From the NCBI GenBank assembly GCA_004764695.1, contig SMSO01000014.1:181648-245647 (forward strand): a stretch of DNA of 64,000 bases, written 5' to 3'. Position 1 is the first letter of the stretch, and each line of letters begins with the position of its first letter. A model generated the notes under the pieces. That model worked only from the letters and a program-made list of their open reading frames with translations. It had not been told where the DNA came from and ran no database searches. Shown one piece after another: positions 32,501-45,400 of the stretch. The translations under genes were made by a program, and so were the position numbers. Origin of the DNA: Schizochytrium sp. TIO01 (taxonomy: Eukaryota > Protista > Bigyra: Labyrinthulomycetes).

Positions 32501-35500
32501 TTGTTTTGCTGTTGCTATTGCTTCTTTGCTTTCGTTCACGGATGGAAGAATGTCCATTCGACGAGGCGGTGAGGAGGAGGGTGGTCTCCGGCCTGGCTGG
32601 TGCCTGCTCGGGCACGCACAATGAACTGCCAGGAAGTTGCGCTTGTGAACCGCTCAGGGCGCAACTCTGTTTGAAGAGTTGCGGCACGCTCTCTCGTTTC
32701 TTGTCCAATGTATCAAAAACGGATTTCGAAGGATGGTTTCTTTATTTATTGTTTTCATAAATAGATGTTTTCAGGAGCAACAACTCGACGAAAGAAAAGA
32801 AAAGCAAACAGGAACTTTAGCAAAACTATAATTACTAGAAATCATTGCTAAAGTGCAGCAGGTTTACAAAAATATATATATATAAAAAATGGAAACACCA
32901 GCAGTGCAGTGCTACTACTATCACTACCACTTTGCCATTACAACAAAGTGAGGCTCTTTGTTCAAACACTGACGGCTAAAATGAGGCTGATCACAGTTTT
33001 AAAGTTCCTCGTTTCGGAGCGAAAGTTGATTACTAGGAGAGGTAGTTATTGTGATTGAAGCCGGATCTCCGCCAATCATTGGGTCTTTTAGGACACGATT
33101 GAGGCTACCTTAAATGTCCTCTTGTCTTCTTTTCACTTGCAAGGTCATTAGAGAACCATAGGTTGTTAAATTTTCAATACAGTATTTCTCACCAAACAAA
33201 CAAGCAAGCAAACAAGCAGGGAAGCAAACAAAGAACCGATCGACAAGAAGAGCTAAAGCTCAGTGAGACAGGCGTAGGAACTGGCCAAGAGCTTTATACA
33301 AAAAAAAATAGAAAATGATCCACTGTAATATTAAAGTACCAAAGAACAACGCTCGGAAGATTGCAGCTTGATAGCTGAGGCGATTGACTAATACTGCTTT
33401 GCAAAAACCAACCAACTTACAATTGAGAACTCCGCTCTGGCTGGCAATCTGGCTGGCGGCCTGCGTTCCTCTGTTAATCATTAAACTGCTTGTTCATTTT
33501 CTTTCTTGCTTATCTGGCTGGTTGGTTGGCTGGCTGGCTGGCTAGCTGGCTAGCTGGGTGACTTTCCATCAGTAAACTCAAAAGGCGAGGAGATCATTAT
33601 CTGGAATTCGCTCCGCTTGTGGGACAAGTACAACTCTACTGAGAAAGCGATAGATAAAAATGATTATTCAAAACCATTGAATATACAACGAAGAGGATCA
33701 GTAGAACCAGTAGCAGACTAAAGTTTATCCAAATGTAGGCATCCATTGGAAGAGCGAACTACACATAATAAGTAAGCGTGGTGTGATGTTTATTTTATAA
33801 AATTAAAATATAGCGAGGTGAAAATAACGTAAAACACAAGAACAATAACGTCCTTAAACTGCGGCTCACAATTGTTTTCATAGCTGAGGTGATATAAGCC
33901 AGTTACTTCAGTGGGCTCAGGCTGGTTGCAGCAAAAACTAACTAGTAGAATATCGTGCGCGTGGACGAGCGATGGACGCCCACTGGAATGTGTGCGATAG
34001 GCACTCTTAAAAACAAATCATGGACAACAAGTAAGTTGGCCAGTCAACCTCTTTCTGTTGGCAAGTTGAATTCGGTATGAGCCATGAGCCATGAGCTGTA
34101 GCTAAAACTAACTACAGCTTGAGATGCTGGCAAGCAATATGATACGGCGTGGATGCGCAGGCAGTTTTAGCTGCCAGGCTGAGCAGGAGGACATTTCATT
34201 CTTGGATTTTTTCGTGGGTGGCAAGTTCATGACTGCCAAAACCATTTTCAGCAAGTCGGAATGGAATTATCTCACGCTCTGCAAATGGATAAAATACGCA
34301 AGGTAAAGAAAGTTACTGGAAATTCGCGTGGCAATGGCCCCAAGGAACAAGTGACAGAAGAGATGGATCAGGGGTAGCAGTGAACAGCGACAGAAGTTAG
34401 CGGAAAACAAATGCCCCTGAATAGAGAACCCACTGGCCATAGCGCAGCAAGTTGGCCCAGCTTTTCAACCATTATTCATAAAATTACCCTCAAAAGATGA
34501 GATACGTTTTATACTCGAACGTTTCCAGGCTAGATCATTTATCAAGCGGTACAGAGCATAATGTTTTTATGTACTATATGCAAGCAAGCCCCAACGCCCC
34601 TTCCATAGGGCGAACCCCAAGGTTTCTGGTCTTGAGTTCTTCTGAGTTTATTAATGATGCCGTTGACTTTATGTAAGTAATTGCCAAGTGTCCGACAGCG
34701 AGTGAATGCCTGGTTCTTCTAGTTCTTCATGAGTATCAACGGAAAGCCTTGTTTGTATTTGTCAATAATTCTGCTGTGACTACTTTTCAGGTATGAAAAG
34801 AGGATCAGGCCAGCTGCGCCACGACTCTGTGGTACGAAACTGCTGTTCCATGGGAGGGATAATCAATCTTGCAGAAAGGTCCAAAAACCTTGGCCTAAGA
34901 TTATACCTCTCCTCGTCGACCATAAGATACTGTTCACCTTGTCTGTTATAAGGAGTTTCCGTCCAGGCAGAACCCGCGGTTTTACGTACGCACCATGGGC
35001 CTTTCGCCATATACAACGGTTCAACAAACTTAGTGCTACCACCGAATTATAACCAAAACCTTCTGCCCGTTTCAACCCACCGCGACGGGTTTGTGCAAGC
35101 ATAATCAGCTGCAACAAACATATTGGCAACCTCACACAGACAGACAGCCAGACAGACAGATAATCCTGTAGCTTAGGGTTAAACATGCTGGTCGACTATG
35201 GCCGCGGGAGGACCTGATTGCTTGGAATGTAGCATATTACTTTGCACCCAACTTTTTTTTCTTTTTTTAAAACAGGTGAGTGGGTTCCCCTTTGGTTCCC
35301 TGAAAAGGGCATATACGACGTAAAGCTCATTCATTCGTTCTTTCAGCTCATCAGCATCTATTTTCAATTCGTCACTTTGCATCAAACAGAGTTTTGATTT
35401 ATCAAATATTAATTTTTATAATTTTATTGAGACTTTTCATGAACATTTTAATTTTTTTAATTACTTTAAGATGCAAAACTAAACATTTATATATAATATT

Positions 35501-38500
35501 TTTAAGTTGATTTTAAAAAAAAGGCAAATTAATAAATTAATAAAAACCATAAAGAAACAGAATTTTCACTTTGGGGTTGCTCTTTGAAAAAAGCAAAAAA
35601 AAAACTACAATGAAAACAAAAAAACGTGGTGGCAATTGATAAATTATAAATAAAACAATAAAACTTTGTTTAATAAAAAAAATACTAAAACTAATAAATA
35701 AGAATAAATGCTTACCGATATCAGGAATGCATGCACCCAGTCGGGCGTCTTTGACATAAACTGGGAGGGACCCACAGATCTTGCGTACCTTCAGCCAGCG
35801 AGAGCAAACTTGAGTGAGTTTGCTTCTGATACCGTACTTCTCATTCAATTTTCCGATACCTCATCACCCAACGATTTCCTTTCGTTCAATTTGATTTGGC
35901 TACCCTTTTGCAAGAGCTTCGCTTGCTTGGCATGCGTGCATGGTCTCGGAACTCGCAAGTGTAGACCGCAAAAAGGGGTGAATTACAACAAGCAAGTCTT
36001 CAACTTGCAAGCCTTGGTCCGAAGAGATCGAAAGCTGTTTCCTGGAACCTAAGGTTTCAGTTTTATAAAAAGGAGACTCACCTTGCTCCTCGAGAACCAG
36101 TAAGCACAAAATCCTCTATCAGACATGCATTACCTCCCAAACACATTCATTCATTCATTCATTCACTCTTGATTATTTATCATTAACAGGTAAATAAATG
36201 AACAGCCCTAGTCTCACCTCTGGCCTGGCTGAGCGGAAGAAGACCAAGTCAAAAAAGCAACGAGATCCTTCCCTCCGCAACTAAATGCAACCTTGGCGGC
36301 CGGGAACCTGGAGGCCAAGGATGCCAGACCCGAGGCCGCCGTCTCCACTAACTGACCGACCGACCGACCGACCGACCGAGCAAGTGCTCCATATTCCACG
36401 TAGCATAGATGTCCGCATGTTATCAATTGAACGGTGATCTGTCGCTCTGCACTAGTTTTCCAATACTAGGAAAAAGGGCACTTTGAGAAGAGTTGAGCGT
36501 ATAGATGCATGAATGGATGCATAAATGAAAGAATAAATGAATGAATGTATAAACGAATGAATGTACGCGAATATACCGACGCTGGTCTTTTCAAGGTTAG
36601 CTAATCAAAGTTCCTGTTTGCCTCAGCGGTGGCTGTGGTGATATTTGTAGCTAGCCAAGTTCTAACCTACTGCACTCACTGGTCAGTTAGATTGTTTGAA
36701 GATGTAGAATACCTTTGTTTTCTTGTTTTCTAAATCAAAAATCAAAGAAGATGGAGTTAGTGTTGGAGGGGCTCAGTGTCGCTTCAGAGAAGATATACTT
36801 ATTCCGCCTCTGTGACTGTGACTGGTTCGACCGCTAGCCAGCAAGGGAGCAGCGAGTATGCGCGCGCCTCTTTCTGGCCTGCCATGTTCTAAGAGATGAG
36901 GAGGATTGTGATCGCAAATAAAATAAATAAGTTAGGAACTGCACTAACTCCAGAGCGAGACGCCATTCTCTTTTTCTTTGCTTTTGCTCGGACTGACTGG
37001 AAATTCCTCCTCTCCTCAGTTTAAAAAAAAAAAAAAAAAACACGAAAAAGAGCTAGAAGAGCAAATGAAGAAGTGAGTTGCAGCTATTCACTCATGACGA
37101 GAACGTTCCTGCTTGCGGCCGATCTTATAAATAAACAAAGGCAGCATTCTCTCGTTTTTGTGCTTCACATTTGGGATCACCACTCGGAATTGTGGCACAT
37201 CTGAAAGCTCGCCTCTTTGCCATGTAAGTGCATATACTTAATCTAAAACAATTTTATTAAAACACTTAAAACAATAAAATATAAAAATTATATTTTAAAA
37301 TAAAAATATTTTGCCTACTAGAACAAGGCAGGCATGCAGTACCTAGGTAGGTAGGTACCTCTTCTGCTGTAATTGCTCCCTCCTTCGTGCTCTCGGCAGC
37401 GACATTGCTGTCAACCTCCCTCCCTCGCCGCATTGTTATCAATCAGGGCCAAGCAGTAAGCAAAAACCCGCGAGTGAGCAAGATAGTAAGCAAGATAGCA
37501 AGCAAGCAAGTGTGCGCAAGTGCGACAGTGAGCAGGCTTTAGGCAGCCGCAAAGCAGAAAGAAAAAAGAAAAGAAAAAAAGTGCGCGACTTGTGACTTCT
37601 CTCTGTTCGATTGTTGAAACCCAAGCAAGGGAACGAACGGGAATGGAAAGACCACCTAAGTTTAACTCACTCGCGACAAATCGATTAGACTGATTGGAAC
37701 GCACACTTATTAGCCTAGCCAGCCATCGGCTTCTTTCTTTATTTGTTTATTTCTATAAGCACATGTTGAGCTGCTTGCTACCAAAGAGGGCCGTGAACCC
37801 TGAAAAACCTTCCTTTGCCTTTAATTTACTTACTGTTTGCCTCAGGTAGGTACTTACTTACTTACTTACTTACTTAGTACACACTGATGGCGGTACAGTC
37901 AGTCAGAGTCAGAGTGCCTGAGCCCGTCAGGAGCGAGGTTCCCTTTTGCACGCTCTCTCGGCCCAAGACGATCTTGCGCTCCAAGTCACTTGATCGGCTG
38001 ATCGCTTTAGATTGCTTTGCTTTGGATCGTCCTTGCATCCATCCAGCCATCCATCCAATCGCACTTCATTCGTCCATGAATGAGTTCGAAGCCCTACTAC
38101 ATACACTAAAGAAGAAAGCTTTGCTTATAAAGTTCAAGAAGCAGTCGAGGGTCGGGTCCATGCAGCACCTTTGCTGGACGCTCCTCCTGCTGCAGCCGGG
38201 CCTTGGTGAGCAAGACCAGCTCATGGTGGCGAGGAGAACGCTCACTTGAATGCGCACTGATTGATTCCGGCTGTGGCTGAAGATGGATGGCACAACCTAT
38301 GTTTCGATGCGAAGGACTTGGAGTTGGAGATTCTCGATCTTCAGATGGTGTGTACCGCCTCTTTCTACCATCGCTATCGCCACTAACTATAAACAACTAA
38401 AAAGTCAAAACAGTGGAGTAGAATCGCATGAACCGAGCCGTCTGCGTGAAGACCCGCCCCTTGAGGCATGTAGGTACTTAGAGCTTCAAGCTGCTCAGAC

Positions 38501-39372
38501 TTGTGCTCATTTCGAGGAGTGGAGAAAGTTTTCCACGAAACCAAAAGTGCCTTTCTCGAAACAGTGGTGCGTGAAAAGTGAGGCTTTTGCTGTTGTTTGT
38601 TGAGAAGTGCTCATCAATGGATCACCACCAAGCTGGCCAGCGGGGAAAGTCCCAGTCTTTCCGCGCCGCAACCAGGGCTCAGCCTAGTGTGCAGCGGTGA
38701 GTGACGAAGCCTGAGCAGAAAGCGGCGTTGGACCGTAAAAGCAAACGCAAGCAAGCAACTAACCAGCGTCCACCTGCAGCATTCGCTGAGGGTGTCTGGA
38801 TCCTTGCCGGGGGCGCCAAGGTCGACCTCTGGGAGCATGAATTGCATTTCCTCAAAGAGCAACCAACGAGAAACAAGAGAGGGTGTGTACCACAGTGTGC
38901 CCCCCTGGGAGACTGTCGAGATTCACGTGATGATAAAGAAGTTTTCTTCTGTGGCTATTCAGCCGCTATTACCTCTAATCGTATTGAGGAAGAGCAAAAG
39001 AGAATAAACAAAGAAACAAAGAAACAAGTAATCAAACTCGCCCGCCAAAGCCTCGTCCTGTAAACGTGCGTTGTTGAAACCTGCGCAAACTGGCAAACCA
39101 TTGGTGCTTCTTCTTTACAGCTTGCGGCGTTGCTGGGGATGTCTTTGCTGCATACAAGTGTGCCAGTAGGTAGGTCGTATCCCAGCAGAGGGAGGAGAAA
39201 CTCCGCCATTCATTGAGAGTGCGAAACTGTGCTGCGACGATAATTAGGCGTGCGCTCCATCCAGAATAAGCTTTGCGTGGTGGTCACCAAACTGTGCGTG
39301 GCAACCCAAAGTCTTTGCGTAAATGACAACGCAGAGGGGGCTTACGGCCCAGAGTGCGTGCGAATGATTGAA

Positions 39373-39406
39373 CGATCAAGCGATCAAGCGATCAAGCGAT
39401 CAAGCG
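39373..39406 (+). repeat. (CGATCAAG)4 octamer repeat
   Basis: Seen directly. Confidence 0.9.
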
Positions 39407-41590
39407 AGCGAGTGAAACTGTGCTTCGGTTCAACGTCGTCATTCACCATCTCACTTGCAGCGGCGAAGTTTCTTCGGCTCGGCAACACCATGCGTTTATT
39501 CCTGCTTGCTTGGAACATCATCTTCGGGAATGCTCAAGTTCGCGCTCAATTCGTAAGCAAAAGCAAGCTTGGCGAAACAACGAGCGTAGCAAAACATGTC
39601 TCTGTGACACGGAGTTTGTAATGAAGGGAAGGTTTTAGAGTCATGTCGCACGAAGAAGAAGAAGAAGAAGAAGAAGACCAACCTGTGCTCGACCCACTTG
39701 TCGAAACCAGCGTTCGCTTCCTTGCAAAGGTGCAAAAGAAACTATAGCAGAATGAAGTACAGCCAACTCTTCAACGTCGTTGGCTCATAATGATTGGCGC
39801 CAAACGAGAAACCACACACGAGAAACAGGAACTACTTGCTGCCTGTCTCACAGGGGTACACACCCCTCGCTCATTCATCCACTCTGTCTCCTTGTTATTT
39901 TCCTCCTCTCTTTTTCGTAGAATGTAATGCACTGAAAAAAGGTGGTACTTGCTAGCCGTATTGGTTGGCCGCCACCTCGATTTCGATTCCATCTTTCTCG
40001 CTGGTTCCCTCCTCAGATGAACAACGCGTAGGAAGTACGCCTCAGTGAACCCTTCCAAGCAAGCAAGCGAGCGAGCGAGCGAGCTATATATAGCTCTGAC
40101 CACGCTAAAGTGACATTATTGCCTTCAACTTAGAGAGGGATCAACTTTGAAAGGTTCCTGAGATATCCGAATCAGCGAAAGTAGCGGCGCAAACATGTCC
40201 GATTGAAGTAGGAACCGACACATTGTATCACGGATAGCTTTTAATTATTATTATTTCTAATTTGAAGATGCATGTATTGCTTTCCAACGACGAAGAAGAG
40301 AAACCTTGTTTTTGAAGTTATTCGAACGCAGCCTCAATAGCCGATATCTTGCGTCTCGTGATAACGATTCCATCAGTTCTTCTTTGCTTGTTTGTTCCTT
40401 TGTTTGGTGAGGCCGTATTTTTTCACTAGCAAAATAATAATAATAATAGGTAATAATGATATGGAGAAGTTATATATAGCCCCACATGTTTGTTTGTTTT
40501 ATTTTGTTTTGTTTTGTTTTTTTATTAATTAATTAATTAAAATGTTTTATAAAAAATGTATATAAAACGATACCTTAGTAATACCTTGTGCGTTTTAAAT
40601 CAAATTAAACAGAATATTATTTTATAAGTAAACAAGTGAAACAAAGTATTTCCCTCTAAAAACTAGAGCTTTGAAACATGTAAAAGAAACCAACATTGGA
40701 GACTCCGACTTGTCTCTCAGTGGTAGCATCTTTTAGAGCCTTCACCAGTATCGGAAAGGTGAAATCGAACGATCCAACACCTGGCTCTCTTTCTTTGAGT
40801 TGCAAAAAGAGGACTTGCGCGGAAACATGTGGGATTGAGTGCTCCAGAGGAACGTTTCCACTTTCAACGCACGCTTGCGTAGCTTCATCAAGGAGGTTTA
40901 TTATCTTGTTTATGAAATTTGGTTGTTCGCGATTTAGAAAAACCAAAGAATAGAATTCAATTGTTAATTTTAGTTTTTAAGTTTTTTTTTTAATTATTTA
41001 AAAAGTGAGGGACAAACTGAGATCGTTACAAAAAGGCTCTGGGTATTTCCAATTTTATGTATGTAATTATTGTTTTTATTTATCCTCTTTTGGTTTTCTT
41101 AATTTATTTTTAAAAAAACAGCAACCGCCTGAGGGATGAGCAAATACAAAAAGATAAAACCAACTCGAAAAAAGATAATGAGGTTTATGACTGCTGTTTG
41201 AAATAATAAGGAAGAATCAGCGAAACCACAACTGCGGCCTCACCAATTCGTAGGTGAACATGGCCGCAGCACAACGAGCGGGCTTCCTCCCGCGGGTCTA
41301 CAAAGCTTTCGTGCTCTGCTAGCTCCCTTCCGCGACCACCTTCAAATCTGAGCCCGATTTCTTCAATCTCCGCCCTTGAAAATAAATAATGAAGAAGCCT
41401 TTTTCCATAGAGGCAAGCTTTGTTTGTTCCTTTGTTTCAAGTTTGTTTCTTTCTTTTATTGTGAATGCAGAATTCGAAGCGGGGGGGGAAGAATTGAAAG
41501 AAACAAAGAAAAGAAACAAAGAATCATAGATAAAGAAACTTGAAACGAGAGGAATTATTTTGAAGAAACAGGCTCAACCCGATCCTTTTG

Positions 41591-41826
41591 CAGTCAGTCA
41601 GTCAGTCAGTCAGTCAGTTAGTTAGTTCGTTTGTATAAGATGTATGTTTGTTCGTTATTTAATTAGTTATTTAGTCAGTTAGTTAGATTGTTAGTTCCAT
41701 AGTTTGTTACTTATCGTCGGTTAGTTGGTTTGTCAGTGAGTTAGCTATACTTACTGAGTTACCTACTTCGCTAGTTAGTTACCCTCTTACTTGATTAGTC
41801 AGTCAATTACTTACTTACTTACTTAC
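41591..41826 (+). repeat. Compound degenerate tetranucleotide tract (CAGT to TAGT to TACT)
   Basis: About 235 bp with largely 4-bp periodicity and a drifting unit. Confidence 0.85.
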
Positions 41827-42444
41827 CTCTTACACAGTCACTTTTTCAGATAGTTGGTTGTATGATGGCCAGAAGAATCATGTGCGGACCGCTCTTCACA
41901 ATTTCTCCGGAGATGAGATCGTGGCGACGTGCGAGCCACCGAAGAGGGCCGCCAGGGCCTGGCTTTGTACACCGCGGTATCGTCCTAAGCAGAGACCCCT
42001 TCATTCTGCCGGGTCAGGGCCCCGTGGACAGGGCTGGTGGCCGCAGATGTCTAAGGTGAGACTAGAACTGCATCTAATGGGCTGCTGGCGCCTCCTTACT
42101 TAACTTACTTATTTACTTACTCACTTACTTATTTACTTATTTACTTACTTACTTACTTCTTCATATTACGATTCGATCGATCTATTCATGAGGCAATCAA
42201 TATTTATATATATTATATCTTCGGGTATCTTTGAGCTTGCTTGGTCTCCAAGTCGTGCGGAATCCCCATGCGTGTTTCAAAGCTTCCTTCGCTGCGGAGG
42301 CGAATGGGTCTTCAACTATGCGAGCACCGTGCATCGATGCATAAATGTCTGAAAGACGACCAACTTGAACGTGTCGAGGTGTCATCAGGCGCTCTGGGAG
42401 AGATAGATAATAAAAAGCGAACAAGCCGTCGGTGGAGGTGAGTT

Positions 42445-42447
<3 letters not shown>

Positions 42448-42477
<30 letters not shown>

Positions 42478-42496
42478 CTTCTTCTTCTTCTTCTTC
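42448..42496 (+). repeat. (CTT)16 microsatellite
   Basis: Seen directly. Confidence 0.95.
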
Positions 42497-45400
42497 AATT
42501 GATTGAGCGATCATGGGCGACCGATTCTCTGCAGATCCTTTGAACATGCTACTGGTCGCTAGTCGCTCTGGCGGCCTGTGGTCTGGCTGATTGAATTACA
42601 TACCGAGCAGGAGCTGGAAAGATGGCATCATCATCTACGCCTTCAATCAAGCTCCTCCCTGCACGATCTTTGCAGCTGATTTTTGCAGTTGGTTTCATTC
42701 ATTTCAGACGTGAAGGAATGTATGTATAACCAAACTAATCCATCCATCTCCACATTTCTTTCTCCACTTTCATGAATAAGCGCCGCTTTCAGAGGGAGGG
42801 AGATCCAACTGCCTTCGAAATGGGTGGACGCGAGCTCGCCCTCCTCCTCCTACCAGCACCTAAGGGTGCGCTACTCCGCTGCCTTTGTTCAAGTCCGCAA
42901 TAAAGTCGCCTCATTCAATTCACTTACTTTACTTACTTGTAAACAAGCGAGGCCTTCTGAAGGACTTTCTGAATGGCTTTCTGAATCAATGAAATAAATG
43001 GCTTTATGAATGCATCATTCAACGATTGATTGCTCCCGACTTTCAACAGCTGCAGCGCCTCCAGCCTGCCTCAGAGAGCCCACCCAGCTGGATGACCTAC
43101 CTTCGTGCCTCATATCACGACCGCCGCTACTTCTGTGGAGATTGGACATCGTGAACAGCGAGTACAGCTGTAGAAAAATCTAGACAGAGAGTCCGCTGGC
43201 TGCGATGTCCACAAGAAGGTAGAGCTAGCAGCTCCAGCTAGGCAGGCCGAACAGCCGCGCCAGAGTTCTACCGAGTACTACCTCGCGAACACAAAAGGCC
43301 GCAGAAAGCCGGGCGCCTTCGGCCTCGTGCTTGTTCGCTTCTCGCCCATATATCGTCAGCGCAGCGCACGTGGCCGTTTCCAACGGAGAGCCATCGACAA
43401 GGCCTCCTCTGCGGCTCCAGCCAGCGAGAGAGATTGACGATAGATAATTAGAATACCGTCGGAGCAATCGCAGAGGAGTGCGAATCCAAACAATACGATC
43501 ACGGTGAGTGAGTGAGTGAGTGAGTGAGTGAATGAATGAAACTCGTGGGAATTGCTTGGCTCTAAAATTATGATGGCGCCATTCACTGCGTTTGCGCATC
43601 GAGTGAGATCCAGCGAGCATCATCAGAGCAGACATAACGAGCGAATCTTCGGCTGCTTGATTGATTGCTTGATTGCTTGCTTGCTTGCTTAGCCTCTGCT
43701 ACCTCAGGAAACAAGTGCTGCTGCGAGCAGCATCATCATCGTGGTGCGGGCCCCAAAGGTGGTTCGGAAAACGCAAGACGAGCGCCACCATGGATGGCTT
43801 CAACTACTCCAAAGATAAGACTCGTGGCATCTCTTAGTAACAGTGCCACTACGTACGTGGTACCTTTTTCTAAATGTATGATTATCCCTTATTTGGAGCT
43901 GAGTTTGTATTTTTCTTTAAATTTTTTTTATGTAATTAAAAGTTTTATTTCAATTCAATAACGTTCTAATCATAGTGTCGGTAGCAGCAGCAATCTCAAG
44001 CAGCGGTTTATAGTGAATCCTTGAACCAAAATTACCCAGGTAGCTGGCGCTGTTCAGACATCAAACAAAGTGATATAGATTACCTACCTACCTACCACGA
44101 AACCACGAAAAGCACTTGCTGCTTTAAGAAGCCAACGAATACCTTGCATTGCGAGAAAATGCTTGTTGGGACCTATATCCACATATTTAGTATCAATAAG
44201 TTTATAAGAAAGCGCATTTCGTCTCGAAGGTACCTATGAGGGCCTGCTCTGTTTGCTTGCGTTAGTAATGGGCTGTCAAGATCATATTTAGCTGGGGGGG
44301 CTTTCTCGCTGTCAGGAAGGACAGACCTACGTGGTGCTTTGTTTACTTAGACACGCACTGACCGTGGCTTCGAGCCATCTTTTACAAAGAGTAGCGTTAA
44401 TTGACGCTGATCGATCGATGTTCAAGTTGATCGCCAAGAGATGAACAACCCTTTTTTAAAAGGTCGCTTTCTGGACTTTTTTACTTCAGGTTCCCTTTTT
44501 GTTTCTAGCTAGCTGCTAGTATTTTTCCATTCGTAAGGTAAAGTAAGCAAAGCAGGCGAGAATTACATTTAGGGTCCTCAATTTCTTACAACTAGTTTTG
44601 TTTTGCCAGGGCCACGACTTGCCCAGTGCTATCTATACCTAAGAAAGTGCCTACCTGATATACAAAAGGGTTAAAAAACGAATGATCTAATCAAATGGTT
44701 GAGTGAATGAGTGGCCGATGTGCGAGGCGTGTGCTCAAATCAGCAACGCAGTAGTATTTTTATAAAGCGATTTACAGCCATACTGGATAACTTATTCTGG
44801 CATTGAGCTTTGGTTCAAGATAGGCTTAGTTACTTGTAAATGTCTTATATGATTCAAGGCTCTCTGAGCATGTAAATGACGCCAACACATCGAAGCAAGT
44901 GTGTTTTACTTTACTTCTAATTGCGAGGAAAGTAAGTCTGCTCCCTTCGGCCAATTCAATAGTTCGAACTACAGCGGTTGCTACTTCTGCTTCTTTACTG
45001 AAGGTTCAGGTAAACTTGCCGAGACGTACATGCCAGTTTTCTGATTTGGGTGCAATCGAGCGAAACTTATTCTTCTGGCTCTAGAATTTTCGAAGCAACC
45101 TTATGCGTGTAGAATTATAGGTTTCTTGCAACGGCAATTCAGAAAACCGCGTTCATTGTGATTTGTTAACAGCATAAATCATTTAGAACTCGTATTATTT
45201 CTGAAATCACGCAACCAAAATCACTCATGAAGCAAATGAGATTACTACAGACAATTTCTTGAAAACATGAATGCTTTGTTGTTCAATAGTCAGTTACATG
45301 GCTGGTACTGCCCTGTGAAGTGAAAAGCCAGTTAGAGGCAGATGCTTTAGCTACGATTAGTTGAAGCATGAAGAAGCTTCAACAAACTTTCTTCTCTGAT

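Noticed and set aside
40656-40946. 96-aa minus-strand ORF with protein-like composition, and similar ORFs at 54430-54738 and 60339-60632
   Set aside because: Non-ATG starts, no domain recognised, and lengths within chance expectation for 41 kb.
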